Virus record (IMG/VR): IMGVR_UViG_2718218127_000003
From: a virus
Lineage: Duplodnaviria; Heunggongvirae; Uroviricota; Caudoviricetes
Strand: one strand, 5' to 3'
Length of the DNA stretch: 21,552 bases
Part shown: one piece after another, positions 1 through 7,965 of the stretch
Position numbering within the stretch: position 1 is the stretch's first letter
Layout of the letters: every line of letters starts with the position of its first letter
Made by a program: the position numbers and the translations under genes
The notes under the pieces: model-generated
Databases searched by the model: none
The model's input: only the letters and a program-made list of their open reading frames with translations
Told to the model about the DNA's origin: nothing

Positions 1-186
1 ATGGCAGAAAGGTTCGTGAAAACGATGAAGGAAGACTACATCGCGTTCATGCCGAAACCGAATGTAAGAACGGCATTGCATAATCTTGCAGTGGCGATCG
101 AACATTACAATGAAAACCATCCGCACAGTGCGTTGGGTTATCGCTCTCCGCGAGAATATCGACGTCAGCGGGTAACGTTAACTTAA
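1..186 (+). CDS. IS3-family (IS2-group-like) transposase OrfB, C-terminal fragment; 5' end lies outside the window
   Basis: Translation ends ...[25 protein letters not shown], the typical C-terminus of an rve/DDE transposase of the IS3 family. The ORF is open at the window start. Confidence 0.75.
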   Translation: MAERFVKTMKEDYIAFMPKPNVRTALHNLAVAIEHYNENHPHSALGYRSPREYRRQRVTLT

Positions 187-223
187 GATACACCCCCTGT
201 CTGGAAATAAGGGGGCAAGAACA
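1..223 (+). mobile_element. Right end of an IS2-like insertion sequence (partial)
   Basis: The transposase 3' end is followed by GTCTGGAAATAAGGGGGCAAGAACA, which resembles the IS2 terminal inverted repeat and ends in CA. The exact terminus is approximate. Confidence 0.55.
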
Positions 224-227
224 ATGA

Positions 228-971
228 TCAGATTCCCTGGTGAGTAAGAATTTTACTTTCTGAACTCCTCTGAGAGTATTGACTTGGAGAAACACCAAAA
301 TAACGTCTAAATACATAAGTAAAGTATGAGACACTGGCATAACCACAGACCTTAGCTACTTTACTAATAGGATAACAACGAGTGCAGAGTAAATATTCAG
401 CCATTTGCATCCTCTCATCAAGTATGATCTTACTGAATGATACCCCCTCTTCTTTCAATTTCCTCTTTAGTAAACTTTCGCTGAGATATAATCTTGATGA
501 TATATCCTTAAGACGCCATGGTGCAGATAAATCCGTATGAATAATCGTTTTAACTTTAGCCCCTGTGCTTTTCAAACATTCAAACAGAAATACTCCAAAT
601 TGTTTTTCAGAAGAAAATGCAGAGAGACATGTAAAAGCAATAGACTCATCAAAAATTTCTATGTATTCAGCACAGTGATTAGCCCAACTAATTAATCCTT
701 TAATTAAACTGAAGTCAGCAAAGTTTATTTTTAAATAAGATGGATATTCCCTACAATCAGAAATTTCCCTTAAGTTATTAGCTTTCAAATAGCGACTAAT
801 AAACTCAGCGCCAAAATCCGCCACTATCACTCTTTCAGGATATGTCAGGAAAAAATCTCTAGAGCTAGAGTCGACAAGTACAGATGAACCTCTCTCCAGA
901 AACACACTCTCTTTTCCGAAATAAACATCAAAGGACTCCAAAATCAATATAACTGAACATGTAGTTGCCAT
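228..971 (-). CDS. AraC/XylS-family transcriptional regulator, AppY/EnvY-like (247 aa from the ATG)
   Basis: The C-terminal HTH region (...WRLKDISSRLYLSESLLKRKLKEEGVSFSKIIL...CGYASVSYFTYVFRRYFGVSPSQY) is typical of small AraC regulators such as AppY, EnvY and YdeO. The ATG at 969-971 is preceded by GGTGGA. The gene is AT-rich. Confidence 0.8.
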   Translation of the reverse strand: MATTCSVILILESFDVYFGKESVFLERGSSVLVDSSSRDFFLTYPERVIVADFGAEFISRYLKANNLREISDCREYPSYLKINFADFSLIKGLISWANHCAEYIEIFDESIAFTCLSAFSSEKQFGVFLFECLKSTGAKVKTIIHTDLSAPWRLKDISSRLYLSESLLKRKLKEEGVSFSKIILDERMQMAEYLLCTRCYPISKVAKVCGYASVSYFTYVFRRYFGVSPSQYSQRSSESKILTHQGI

Positions 972-1555
972 ATCATCCACCCAACTTAACTGAAACCAGG
1001 ATGAAGTATATGCATATAAAGTTCACTTTGCCAAACTTCAGTATAAAAAACCACATAAAAAATAGGGTGTGATAAAAAATACCGTAACAATAAAGCAAAG
1101 GATTATAAATTCCGTTACAGTTACAAATGATACTCAAGAAACAATTCCTTAGGAAAAACTTATTTACAGCCAATAAGTAAGACACTTATATGATATCAAG
1201 TTTTCATAAAACATAACTAGGCTAAATAGCTGCGCCTAATACCGCTACACTTTTGCCAGCCCATGTTTGCCTCCGGGTATTGACCCCTTCTCTACGCAAC
1301 TTCAGTTCCTACCACCAACTTTGCGGCAGCTTTGTAGGATCAATGTCTAAAAGAATAATGGTGACCGATAAGAAAACGACTGAATAACTGCAAATTTTCG
1401 CTCAAAACCTTCCTGTCAGATCCATAGCGAATCAAGTGCTGAATGTCACAGTATCGAACAGAAAACAGTGACGATCTAACCCTTCAAGAATATTCTACGA
1501 TTGTTCTGTTTAGGAAAAGCAAGGCGGGAAGTCGGGAGATAAGTCATTGATAAAG

Positions 1556-1617
1556 TGGCGGAGAGAGGGGGATTTGAACCCCCGGTAGAGTTGCCCCTAC
1601 TCCGGTTTTCGAGACCG
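1556..1617 (-). tRNA. Partial tRNA-Ser(CGA): 3' 62 nt only, from the anticodon stem through CCA; att remnant rather than a functional tRNA
   Basis: The minus strand reads CGGTCTCGAAAACCGGAGTAGGGGCAACTCTACCGGGGGTTCAAATCCCCCTCTCTCCGCCA, which is the anticodon arm (CGA), long variable arm, T arm, acceptor 3' strand and CCA of a serine tRNA. No D arm or 5' acceptor strand is present upstream. Confidence 0.7.
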
Positions 1618-2350
1618 ATGATACAGAGTCGAAAAATCAAAGAGTTAAAAATTTTTCTTGGAATAAATGTCTTAAAATCGTACACGAAAAATCAATGAAT
1701 TACATAACATTAAAGAAGAATATTCCAAGCCTTCTTGAGGCTACTACCTGTTTTCAGGTGTCATTCAGACGTGATTTGCCCCAGATTGGGAAAGCACGCT
1801 TTTTTCTCAGCTATCGTCCTCTTATTTTGCCGTTACATTTCTTTTTGCACTCTAATGATTAATTTACAATAATAATATCGGTAATTATTGAGTAATAATA
1901 AATTGATTATTGCAAATGTAATTTAATTCCATCTTCGCGTTATATTCCAATCTTTAATCTCCGCATGGAACAAGTTGCATGCGTGACTATATTAAGACAA
2001 CTTATAACCACCAAAACATTTGCTTTGCAAACAAAAACAGTGACCATTGACTCTAAGAAAATTCCGATCTATTGTTAGGGTCATCAAAGTTACTTAACAG
2101 TATTCCGAAATGAAAATACAAAGCAAGCTAATTGTCTTATTAAACATTATCATTGCATTTATATTATTTGAGCTTTTAGCTCAAAAATTTGGTTTGAGTA
2201 CATTATTTTAAAGCAAGATAAACAATATCGGGCACTCTAGTTTTTATAATTAACAATTAAACGTCCATAAAATGTTATTTACTTTTGTTCGCTATTGTCA
2301 CATCTTAATATAGTGGCTTACGCCACTCTACTTTCATCACATTTTGTACG

Positions 2351-2385
2351 TTTATGTACTCGCCATGAAGCTCTTTCATGGCGAT
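2351..2385 (+). terminator. Intrinsic terminator-like hairpin in the AT-rich spacer
   Basis: CGCCATGAA-gctct-TTCATGGCG (9-bp stem) followed by ATTTTTATTCTT. Confidence 0.4.
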
Positions 2386-2475
2386 TTTTATTCTTAATCC
2401 AAGAACATACTCCCTACCTATAGCAAAATCACTTTTTGAACAAAAGAATAACGTATTTAGGTAATCATTACGAAT

Positions 2476-3057
2476 TTACCCTATAGGTGCTACTGGCCAT
2501 TCAATATCCGGAGCAGTTGTTGTATTAACACGGTTCAGCAACACCCGATACTTTTTCCAGGCTTCCAGCAACGAGTTTTCTTCCTCCGTTGCGATTTCCA
2601 GATCTACAGCATCCTGAAGTGGCGCAATATGCTCATTCGCTGCCTGCATCAGGCTGTTTTTTGTTTCTTCCGCCTCCCGGATCCGGAATAGTTTTTCTGC
2701 TTCTGCATCTTTCACCCAGGCTGTGCCGTTCCACTTCTGAAACTCCCCTTCCGGGGATAACCAAGTGGCATTTTCCGGTAACGGACCGAGTTCAGAAATA
2801 AATAACGCGTCGCCGGAAGCCACGTCATAAACCGTTTTACCCCGATGATCTTCAACGAGATGCCACGATGCCTCATCACTGTTGAAAACAGCCACGAAGC
2901 CTGCCGGAATATCTGGCGGTGCAATATCGGTACTGTTTGCTGGCAGACCTGTATGAGGCGGAATATATGCGTCACCTTCACCAATAAATTCATTAGTTCC
3001 GGCCAGCAGATTATAAATTTTTATGGTCCGTGGTTGTTCACTCATTCTGAATGCCAT
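2476..3057 (-). CDS. Phage tail fiber assembly protein (Tfa)
   Basis: The N-terminus [54 protein letters not shown] is characteristic of lambdoid Tfa chaperones. The ATG overlaps the stop of the upstream stf fragment (TAATG). Confidence 0.85.
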   Translation of the reverse strand: MAFRMSEQPRTIKIYNLLAGTNEFIGEGDAYIPPHTGLPANSTDIAPPDIPAGFVAVFNSDEASWHLVEDHRGKTVYDVASGDALFISELGPLPENATWLSPEGEFQKWNGTAWVKDAEAEKLFRIREAEETKNSLMQAANEHIAPLQDAVDLEIATEEENSLLEAWKKYRVLLNRVNTTTAPDIEWPVAPIG

Positions 3058-3297
3058 TATGCAAGCCTCACAATATAGTTAAATGCGATGTTTTTGACGG
3101 TGTTTTCCGCGTTACCAGCAGCGTTAACGGTGATGGTATGTCCATGTGAACCAATCGCAACGGAGTGCGTATGAGCACCAATACCGACAGTATGTGCGTG
3201 TGCACCTGCGCTTGCAGCAGTACCCGATACAGAGTGCGTATGAGCGCCTGCAGAAGAAGTGTTAACACTGTATTTAGAATAATCAGGTGATCCACTT
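3057..3297 (-). pseudogene. Side tail fiber (stf) gene, 3'-terminal remnant of about 80 codons
   Basis: My own translation of an alternative minus-strand frame gives ...[79 protein letters not shown], the (G)AHTHSV-repeat C-terminus of lambdoid side tail fibers. There is no start codon; it is fused upstream to the nu1 fragment. Confidence 0.7.
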
Positions 3298-3625
3298 CCA
3301 CCACTTCAGCGGAGTCTCTGGCATTCTTCAGTTCCTGTGCGTCGGCCTGCGCACGCGTAAGTCGATGGCGTTCGTACTCAATAGTCCCTGGCTGGAGATC
3401 TGCCTCGCTGGCCTGGCGCAGTTCTTCAACCTCCCGGCGCAGCTTTTCGTTCTCAATTTCAGCATCCCTTTCGGCATACCATTTTATAACGGCGGCAGAG
3501 TCATAAAGCACCTCATTACCCTTGCCACCGCCTCGCAGAACGGGCATTCCCTGTTCCTGCCAGTTCTGAATGGTACGGATACTCGCACCGAAAATGTCAG
3601 CCAGCTGCTTTTTGTTGACTTCCAT
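3296..3625 (-). pseudogene. nu1: Terminase small subunit Nu1, N-terminal 110 codons only
   Basis: [110 protein letters not shown] matches lambda Nu1 as I recall it. After codon 110 the frame runs into out-of-frame stf sequence (the listed 185-aa ORF is a chimera). Confidence 0.85.
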
Positions 3626-3850
3626 TGTTCATTCCACGGCCAAAAACAGAGAAAGGAAACGACAGAGGCCCAAAAGCTCGTTTTCAGCACCTGTCGTTTC
3701 CTTTCTTTTCAGGGGGTATTTTAAATAAAAACATTAAGTTACAACGAAGAAGAACGGAAATGCCTTAAACCGGAAAATTTTCATAAATAGCGAAAACCCG
3801 CGAGGTCGCCGCCCCGTAACAGCCCGGATCGCCGGAAAGGACCCGTAAAT
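3626..3850 (-). other. Lambda-type cos site (cosQ-cosN-cosB); 12-nt cohesive end at 3803-3814
   Basis: The reverse complement of 3721-3814 reads GGGCGGCGACCTCGCGGGTTTTCGCTATTTATGAAAATTTTCCGGTTTAAGGC..., which is the lambda left-end/cos sequence. The flanking CGGAAAGGACCCGT matches the lambda right end. It sits directly upstream of nu1. Confidence 0.85.
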
Positions 3851-3968
3851 GAGATGCTTTGTTGTTTTCTTGTTGGCTGTTCAACTACATGCAAGCATAT
3901 GGCATAATATTTAATTGATAATCTAATAGTTATAAAAACTTGCCCCAAAACCTTAACGGAGACTAAGA

Positions 3969-4661
3969 ATGTCCAGAGAAGGAACGTTAGATTTATTGCA
4001 AGAAGTTGAAGAAACCGTTGAAATATTAAAAGATACGCAACAAATAAAACCAGTAAAGGTTAAATCAATACTTGAAAATTTAAGAAGCGCATTAGAATAC
4101 GTTGCGAATGATAGTTATGAAAAACATACCACTAACCAATCAACCCCTCGGCCAAAAATTTATTTCCCATACGGCGAGAAAAAATTTTTAGATGCTTTCT
4201 TTATTAAAAAATTAAACTGCCAGCAACCTGAATTATCTCCATTATATGCAGTTTTTGTTTCAATCCAAGACTATCAAACTGGTAATAACTGGCTTGGAAT
4301 GATGTGTAACCTCACGAACGAAGTAAAACATAGGAAACCAATCCCATTGAGTGAAGATAGTATTGTTCGAGGAATAGATGTTAATATCAATGGGTTTGGA
4401 TTAATTAAGACAGATGCTACATCAAAAATCATTTTCAGAGATAATTTCACCAATGGACAGAGAATTGAAGACTTCACCATTGAAAATGGTAAAGTTGAAA
4501 AATCAGGGAACGGAATCCCCATCAATATTAACATAACCGAAGAGAAAAAAATAAGATTCCACGGTACAGATTATGAGGTCATTCCTTTTGTAGAGTTATG
4601 TCTAAAAGAAATAAGAGATTTTGTTAATGAAGCATATGAAATTTTAGATGCCATTGAATAA
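3969..4661 (+). CDS. Hypothetical protein, 230 aa, no recognisable domain; gene at the bor position between Rz and cos
   Basis: ATG at 3969 is preceded by GGAG with 7-nt spacing. The gene is AT-rich relative to its neighbours and lies on the strand opposite the late genes. The product is hydrophilic with no signal peptide. Confidence 0.7.
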   Translation: MSREGTLDLLQEVEETVEILKDTQQIKPVKVKSILENLRSALEYVANDSYEKHTTNQSTPRPKIYFPYGEKKFLDAFFIKKLNCQQPELSPLYAVFVSIQDYQTGNNWLGMMCNLTNEVKHRKPIPLSEDSIVRGIDVNINGFGLIKTDATSKIIFRDNFTNGQRIEDFTIENGKVEKSGNGIPININITEEKKIRFHGTDYEVIPFVELCLKEIRDFVNEAYEILDAIE

Positions 4662-4756
4662 TAATGATTAAGTAACATGGCAGGTAATCTATTTAAACCG
4701 GCCATGTTACAAATCATTGACGTAGAGAAAAAATGTAAAGTATATCCTTTATATAC

Positions 4757-5260
4757 TCAATTGTAATTTGATGTCCTCACCGACTCATAAACGCGCTCAC
4801 ACGTCATTCCAGCCCGGTAGCTTTCGTCAGATCGCTCAGCATAATATCGAGCTTCTTCTGTAAGGCGGCCGAGCATGTCGGCGAGCACTGCGGCGTCGGC
4901 TCCGGCTGTTTTGCTTCTGACGGCAGCGGCAAGATCTGCGGTGTGCTTTGCGGCGTCCAGGCGGGCGGCAAGCTTTGTTGCTTCGGTGCGCAGCTGGTTA
5001 ACAGTGGCAGACAGGCCAGCAGCAGTGGCAGCAGATTTAGCTGCTTGTGCTTGTGCATCTTTTACAGCCTCATCACGGGCAATTATGCGCCCTTGTTCAA
5101 TCATGCGGGCTGCGGTCTGCGCGTTCGCTGTTTGCGATGATTCCGCGCTGTCACGTTCCGCCCACTTTTTTTCCCAACCGCGGCTACACCATATATTTCC
5201 AGCGATAAACGCACTGGTCACTAGTACCGCGGCAACAATAAGCTGGGAGCACAGGCTCAC
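4757..5260 (-). CDS. Rz-like i-spanin (inner-membrane spanin)
   Basis: N-terminal TM helix [23 protein letters not shown] followed by an Ala/Gln-rich coiled coil. The GTG start overlaps the endolysin stop (GTGA). Confidence 0.7.
   Translation of the reverse strand: MSLCSQLIVAAVLVTSAFIAGNIWCSRGWEKKWAERDSAESSQTANAQTAARMIEQGRIIARDEAVKDAQAQAAKSAATAAGLSATVNQLRTEATKLAARLDAAKHTADLAAAVRSKTAGADAAVLADMLGRLTEEARYYAERSDESYRAGMTCERVYESVRTSNYN
4804..5058 (-). CDS. Rz1-like o-spanin lipoprotein, embedded in the +1 frame of Rz
   Basis: [23 protein letters not shown] has a lipobox (LTSC) and is followed by a Pro-rich segment. The gene lies entirely inside Rz, as in lambda Rz/Rz1. Confidence 0.65.
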   Translation of the reverse strand: MHKHKQLNLLPLLLACLPLLTSCAPKQQSLPPAWTPQSTPQILPLPSEAKQPEPTPQCSPTCSAALQKKLDIMLSDLTKATGLE

Positions 5261-5790
5261 TGGTCTATCCCCCAGCAGGTTAATGCACTCTCCTGGTCAC
5301 GACGAATAACCTGACCGTAACAATTATTTGAACGAATACGGCAATCACGTCCACCGTCCTTTATCCACCAGCGAATCGCCTCGCATGCGCCTTTACGATC
5401 ACCGGCATTAAGCCGCTTATAAAACGTCGACGGAAAACACTTACCAGGGCCAATGTTATAGGGACAGAATGACGCGATACCGGCTTTCTGTGGCTCGGTC
5501 AGTGGAACTTTTATATTGCGCTCCACCCATGCCAGCGCCTTATCCCGCTCAATGGCGTTAACCTGGGCGCATTTTTCCTTCGACAGTTTCATTCCCGGAA
5601 TAACAGGTTTACCGTCCACCATCGTTGCTCCCCGACAGATGGTCCATACGCCGGAGCCATCGCGGTATGCAGTGGTGTGATTCCCCTCTTTTTCATCAAG
5701 AAACTGATCGAGAATGTCAGGTGCAGGAGCACTGGCGGCAATCAGTGCCAGAACAGCAGCCGACAGGCTGTATCTGATTTTTACGTTCAT
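5257..5790 (-). CDS. Phage endolysin (GH24 lysozyme) with an N-terminal signal-anchor (SAR-type), RrrQ-like
   Basis: [56 protein letters not shown]... matches lambdoid lysozymes of the Qin/21 type. Confidence 0.85.
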   Translation of the reverse strand: MNVKIRYSLSAAVLALIAASAPAPDILDQFLDEKEGNHTTAYRDGSGVWTICRGATMVDGKPVIPGMKLSKEKCAQVNAIERDKALAWVERNIKVPLTEPQKAGIASFCPYNIGPGKCFPSTFYKRLNAGDRKGACEAIRWWIKDGGRDCRIRSNNCYGQVIRRDQESALTCWGIDQ

Positions 5791-5924
5791 GGATATTTAT
5801 CAGGATTTATCGGTTTCTGAACCCTGGATATGTTAAGCATTCAGCCCGTCAGTGGTAGGACACTGGCGCTCTGGTTAAGGATTATGGGGGATGCAGGCTG
5901 GGCTACCCCATCTGAGGATTTGAT

Positions 5925-6164
5925 ATGCAAAAAGAAGTTTTTATCAATATTACAGCTGACTGCTCATCTCCTGCATCAACAGCAAAAGAAATTGAAGCTC
6001 TTAAATATATGATTACAGTAATATTTACCGTATTGGACCAGAATGAAAAAAATGGAATCATTCATCAATTAAATGAACATGTAAATAATCCATATATCAA
6101 AAGCAATCTGGAAATGTTGCTACCAATGAAAGATATTGGAAAACCAACTGAAACAAAAGGCTAA
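5925..6164 (+). CDS. Small hypothetical protein (79 aa) inserted in the lysis cassette on the opposite strand
   Basis: ATG at 5925 is preceded by GAGGA with 6-nt spacing. The gene is AT-rich and has no recognisable family. Confidence 0.45.
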   Translation: MQKEVFINITADCSSPASTAKEIEALKYMITVIFTVLDQNEKNGIIHQLNEHVNNPYIKSNLEMLLPMKDIGKPTETKG

Positions 6165-6475
6165 CAACCCGTAATCGAGTTATCTGAACTGTTAATTTTT
6201 ATGGTATACCGCGCCTCTGAACAGGGGCGCGTTTCTGGCAACAGCTCGTCCCCTTCACATAACCCGGCAGCAACATCCAGGAAGACCTGTCTGATGCTCC
6301 TTCTGGCTGCTGCCTCATAAAACTCCAGCGCGGCACCTTCAACACGGTCCAGCGAGATGTCCAGGTCAAAAATTTCACCGTCAAAGCGTTTTTTGTCCCG
6401 TAACGCTAAAGTTACCGTAACTTTATTCTCAAAATTGCGGATCCCTTTCACAATCAGTTCATAGTTTTGAGTCAT
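6161..6475 (-). CDS. YdfR-like protein (DUF1327 family) of the Qin-type lysis cassette
   Basis: MTQNYELIVKGIRNFENKVTVTLALRDKKRFDGEIFDLDISLDRVEGAALEFYEAAARRS... ATG at 6473-6475 with GGGGAGAG upstream. It sits between holin and endolysin, as ydfR does between essQ and rrrQ. Confidence 0.7.
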   Translation of the reverse strand: MTQNYELIVKGIRNFENKVTVTLALRDKKRFDGEIFDLDISLDRVEGAALEFYEAAARRSIRQVFLDVAAGLCEGDELLPETRPCSEARYTIKINSSDNSITGC

Positions 6476-6479
6476 TGAA

Positions 6480-6695
6480 TTACTCTCCCCGTGCAGCCTT
6501 GCGCTTATCTTCTTTAATCTTGAAATAAAGGTTTGTCAGGTACGTCAGCAGGCCAAATACCAAGCTACCCAGCACACCTATTGCTGCCCACTGTGAGGGC
6601 GTGACTTTATCGAGCAGCTGTAAAAACCAGTAGCCAGCACTGCCTGCGGAGGTGCCGTAGGCAATGCCCGTTGTTAACTTATCCATGGATTTCAT
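6480..6695 (-). CDS. Class II holin, phage 21 S (pinholin)-like, with a dual-start motif
   Basis: [71 protein letters not shown], 71 aa, with Met1 and Met4 (antiholin/holin starts). Strong SD GGAGGTG. Confidence 0.85.
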   Translation of the reverse strand: MKSMDKLTTGIAYGTSAGSAGYWFLQLLDKVTPSQWAAIGVLGSLVFGLLTYLTNLYFKIKEDKRKAARGE

Positions 6696-6786
6696 AGCCT
6701 CACCTCCGCAAATAACGGATGGTGTACACGGTTCGGAACGAAGAGGAAAGGTATAGAAGTTACATTAGCGTAAGGCTTGAACATCT

Positions 6787-6821
6787 ATTCAAAAAGAAAA
6801 ACGCCAGCGATTATTCTGGCG
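6787..6821 (-). terminator. Intrinsic terminator downstream of the AraC-like gene and upstream of the holin
   Basis: On the minus strand: CGCCAG-aataatcg-CTGGCG followed by TTTTTCTTTTTG. Confidence 0.55.
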
Positions 6822-6888
6822 TAGCTGAAAGCATCATACAATTATCAAATACGAAAATTACAAAATCATTAAAACGCATCACGTTACA

Positions 6889-7614
6889 TCATGTCTTTTC
6901 TAAAAAAAATCTTGATGAATATTGATGGGGAGGAACACCAAAATATCTTCTGAAAACACTTACAAAATATGACGTGTTTTCATAACCGCATATCTCAGTA
7001 ACTTTTCCAACAGAATATAAATTGTAGCTTAATAACCTTTCCGCCATCACCATTCGCTCTTCAAGAATTAACTTACTAAATGATAAGCCTTCGTGCTTTA
7101 ATTTTCCTTTTAACAGACTTTCACTCAGATACAGTCTTGAAGATATATCACAAAGTCTCCATGCTGCAGATATATCCGTGTGAATAATAGCCTTAACTTT
7201 ACTTCCTAAACTATTAAGACATCCAAATAAAAAACTTTGCACTATTTTCTCTGAAGATAAGATAGCAAGACATGCAAGTGATATTTGATTTCTAACAAAA
7301 TCCACAGTTCTGCCATCACAATTCAAGCATGCAATCAAGTTCTTTAACAATGAAAAATCTTCACATTCCACCATCAAGTATGCCGGATAAAACCTTCTTA
7401 CAGAAAAAGGTGAGAGTGTGTTGCTTTTAAAGAAATCATTAACTGTTTTCTCTTCAACATCTACGATCATTGCATGATCTATATTTGATGAAAAAAAATC
7501 TTTTAAATTGTAATCAATGAGAACAGCACTTCCTTTTTTAAATAAAATATCTTCTTTACCAATTCGGACATCAAACGAGTTCAACACCAAAATGATAGAA
7601 CATATGTATGGCAT
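6889..7614 (-). CDS. AraC/XylS-family transcriptional regulator, AppY/EnvY-like (241 aa from the ATG); paralog of 228..971
   Basis: ...WRLCDISSRLYLSESLLKGKLKHEGLSFSKLILEERMVMAERLL...CGYENTSYFVSVFRRYFGVPPHQYS. ATG at 7612-7614 is preceded by AGGTGG. The gene and its 350-bp upstream region are AT-rich. Confidence 0.8.
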   Translation of the reverse strand: MPYICSIILVLNSFDVRIGKEDILFKKGSAVLIDYNLKDFFSSNIDHAMIVDVEEKTVNDFFKSNTLSPFSVRRFYPAYLMVECEDFSLLKNLIACLNCDGRTVDFVRNQISLACLAILSSEKIVQSFLFGCLNSLGSKVKAIIHTDISAAWRLCDISSRLYLSESLLKGKLKHEGLSFSKLILEERMVMAERLLSYNLYSVGKVTEICGYENTSYFVSVFRRYFGVPPHQYSSRFFLEKT

Positions 7615-7965
7615 ATTATCCACCTGATATCATTGGGGTTACACCAGGTAAGTATAGGTGGAAAATCAATATTCGCCAGTTCAACAATAAGGAAAATCTC
7701 ATTGCATCACAAGTATAAAATTATGTATTTAACTCACAAAGACAAATTATTAAACCAATCTGTTATATTATATATAGCTGCGTGGAATCATAATATTATA
7801 TATTTTGACTGGCATGTTTACCAACTTTAAGTTGCATCTCAATGGTTTCTTCAGCGTAAACAGAGTTTTTATACAAACTGACACTCTGGGTATCATAGTG
7901 TAGTTTTTACGATTGTAAATATCCTGCATGCAGGAACTCATCCTTTTGGATGATATCGCATACAA

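Noticed and set aside
1556-1640. A complete tRNA-Ser gene
   Set aside because: Sequence upstream of the anticodon stem (minus strand ...CGACTCTGTATCAT) cannot form the D arm or 5' acceptor strand. Only the 3' 62 nt match.
973-1685. ORFs 973..1185(-) and 1476..1685(-)
   Set aside because: The first is an AT-rich Phe/Ile/Leu-rich frame in the regulator's upstream region. The second overlaps the tRNA-Ser fragment and is a chance frame.
2589-3078. ORFs 2589..2801(+), 2712..2993(-) and 2845..3078(+) overlapping tfa
   Set aside because: They overlap the well-supported tfa gene in other frames or on the other strand and have composition-driven translations with no start signals.
3068-3625. The listed 185-aa ORF as an intact terminase small subunit
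   Set aside because: Only the first 110 codons are Nu1-like. The remainder is read out of frame from stf-derived DNA (low-complexity Leu/Thr-rich translation), so it is a fusion pseudogene.
4875-5309. Plus-strand ORFs 4875..5309 and 4943..5140 antisense to Rz/Rz1
   Set aside because: Ala/Arg/Ser-rich shadow frames of the GC-rich Rz coding region, with no RBS. The minus strand encodes recognisable Rz and Rz1.
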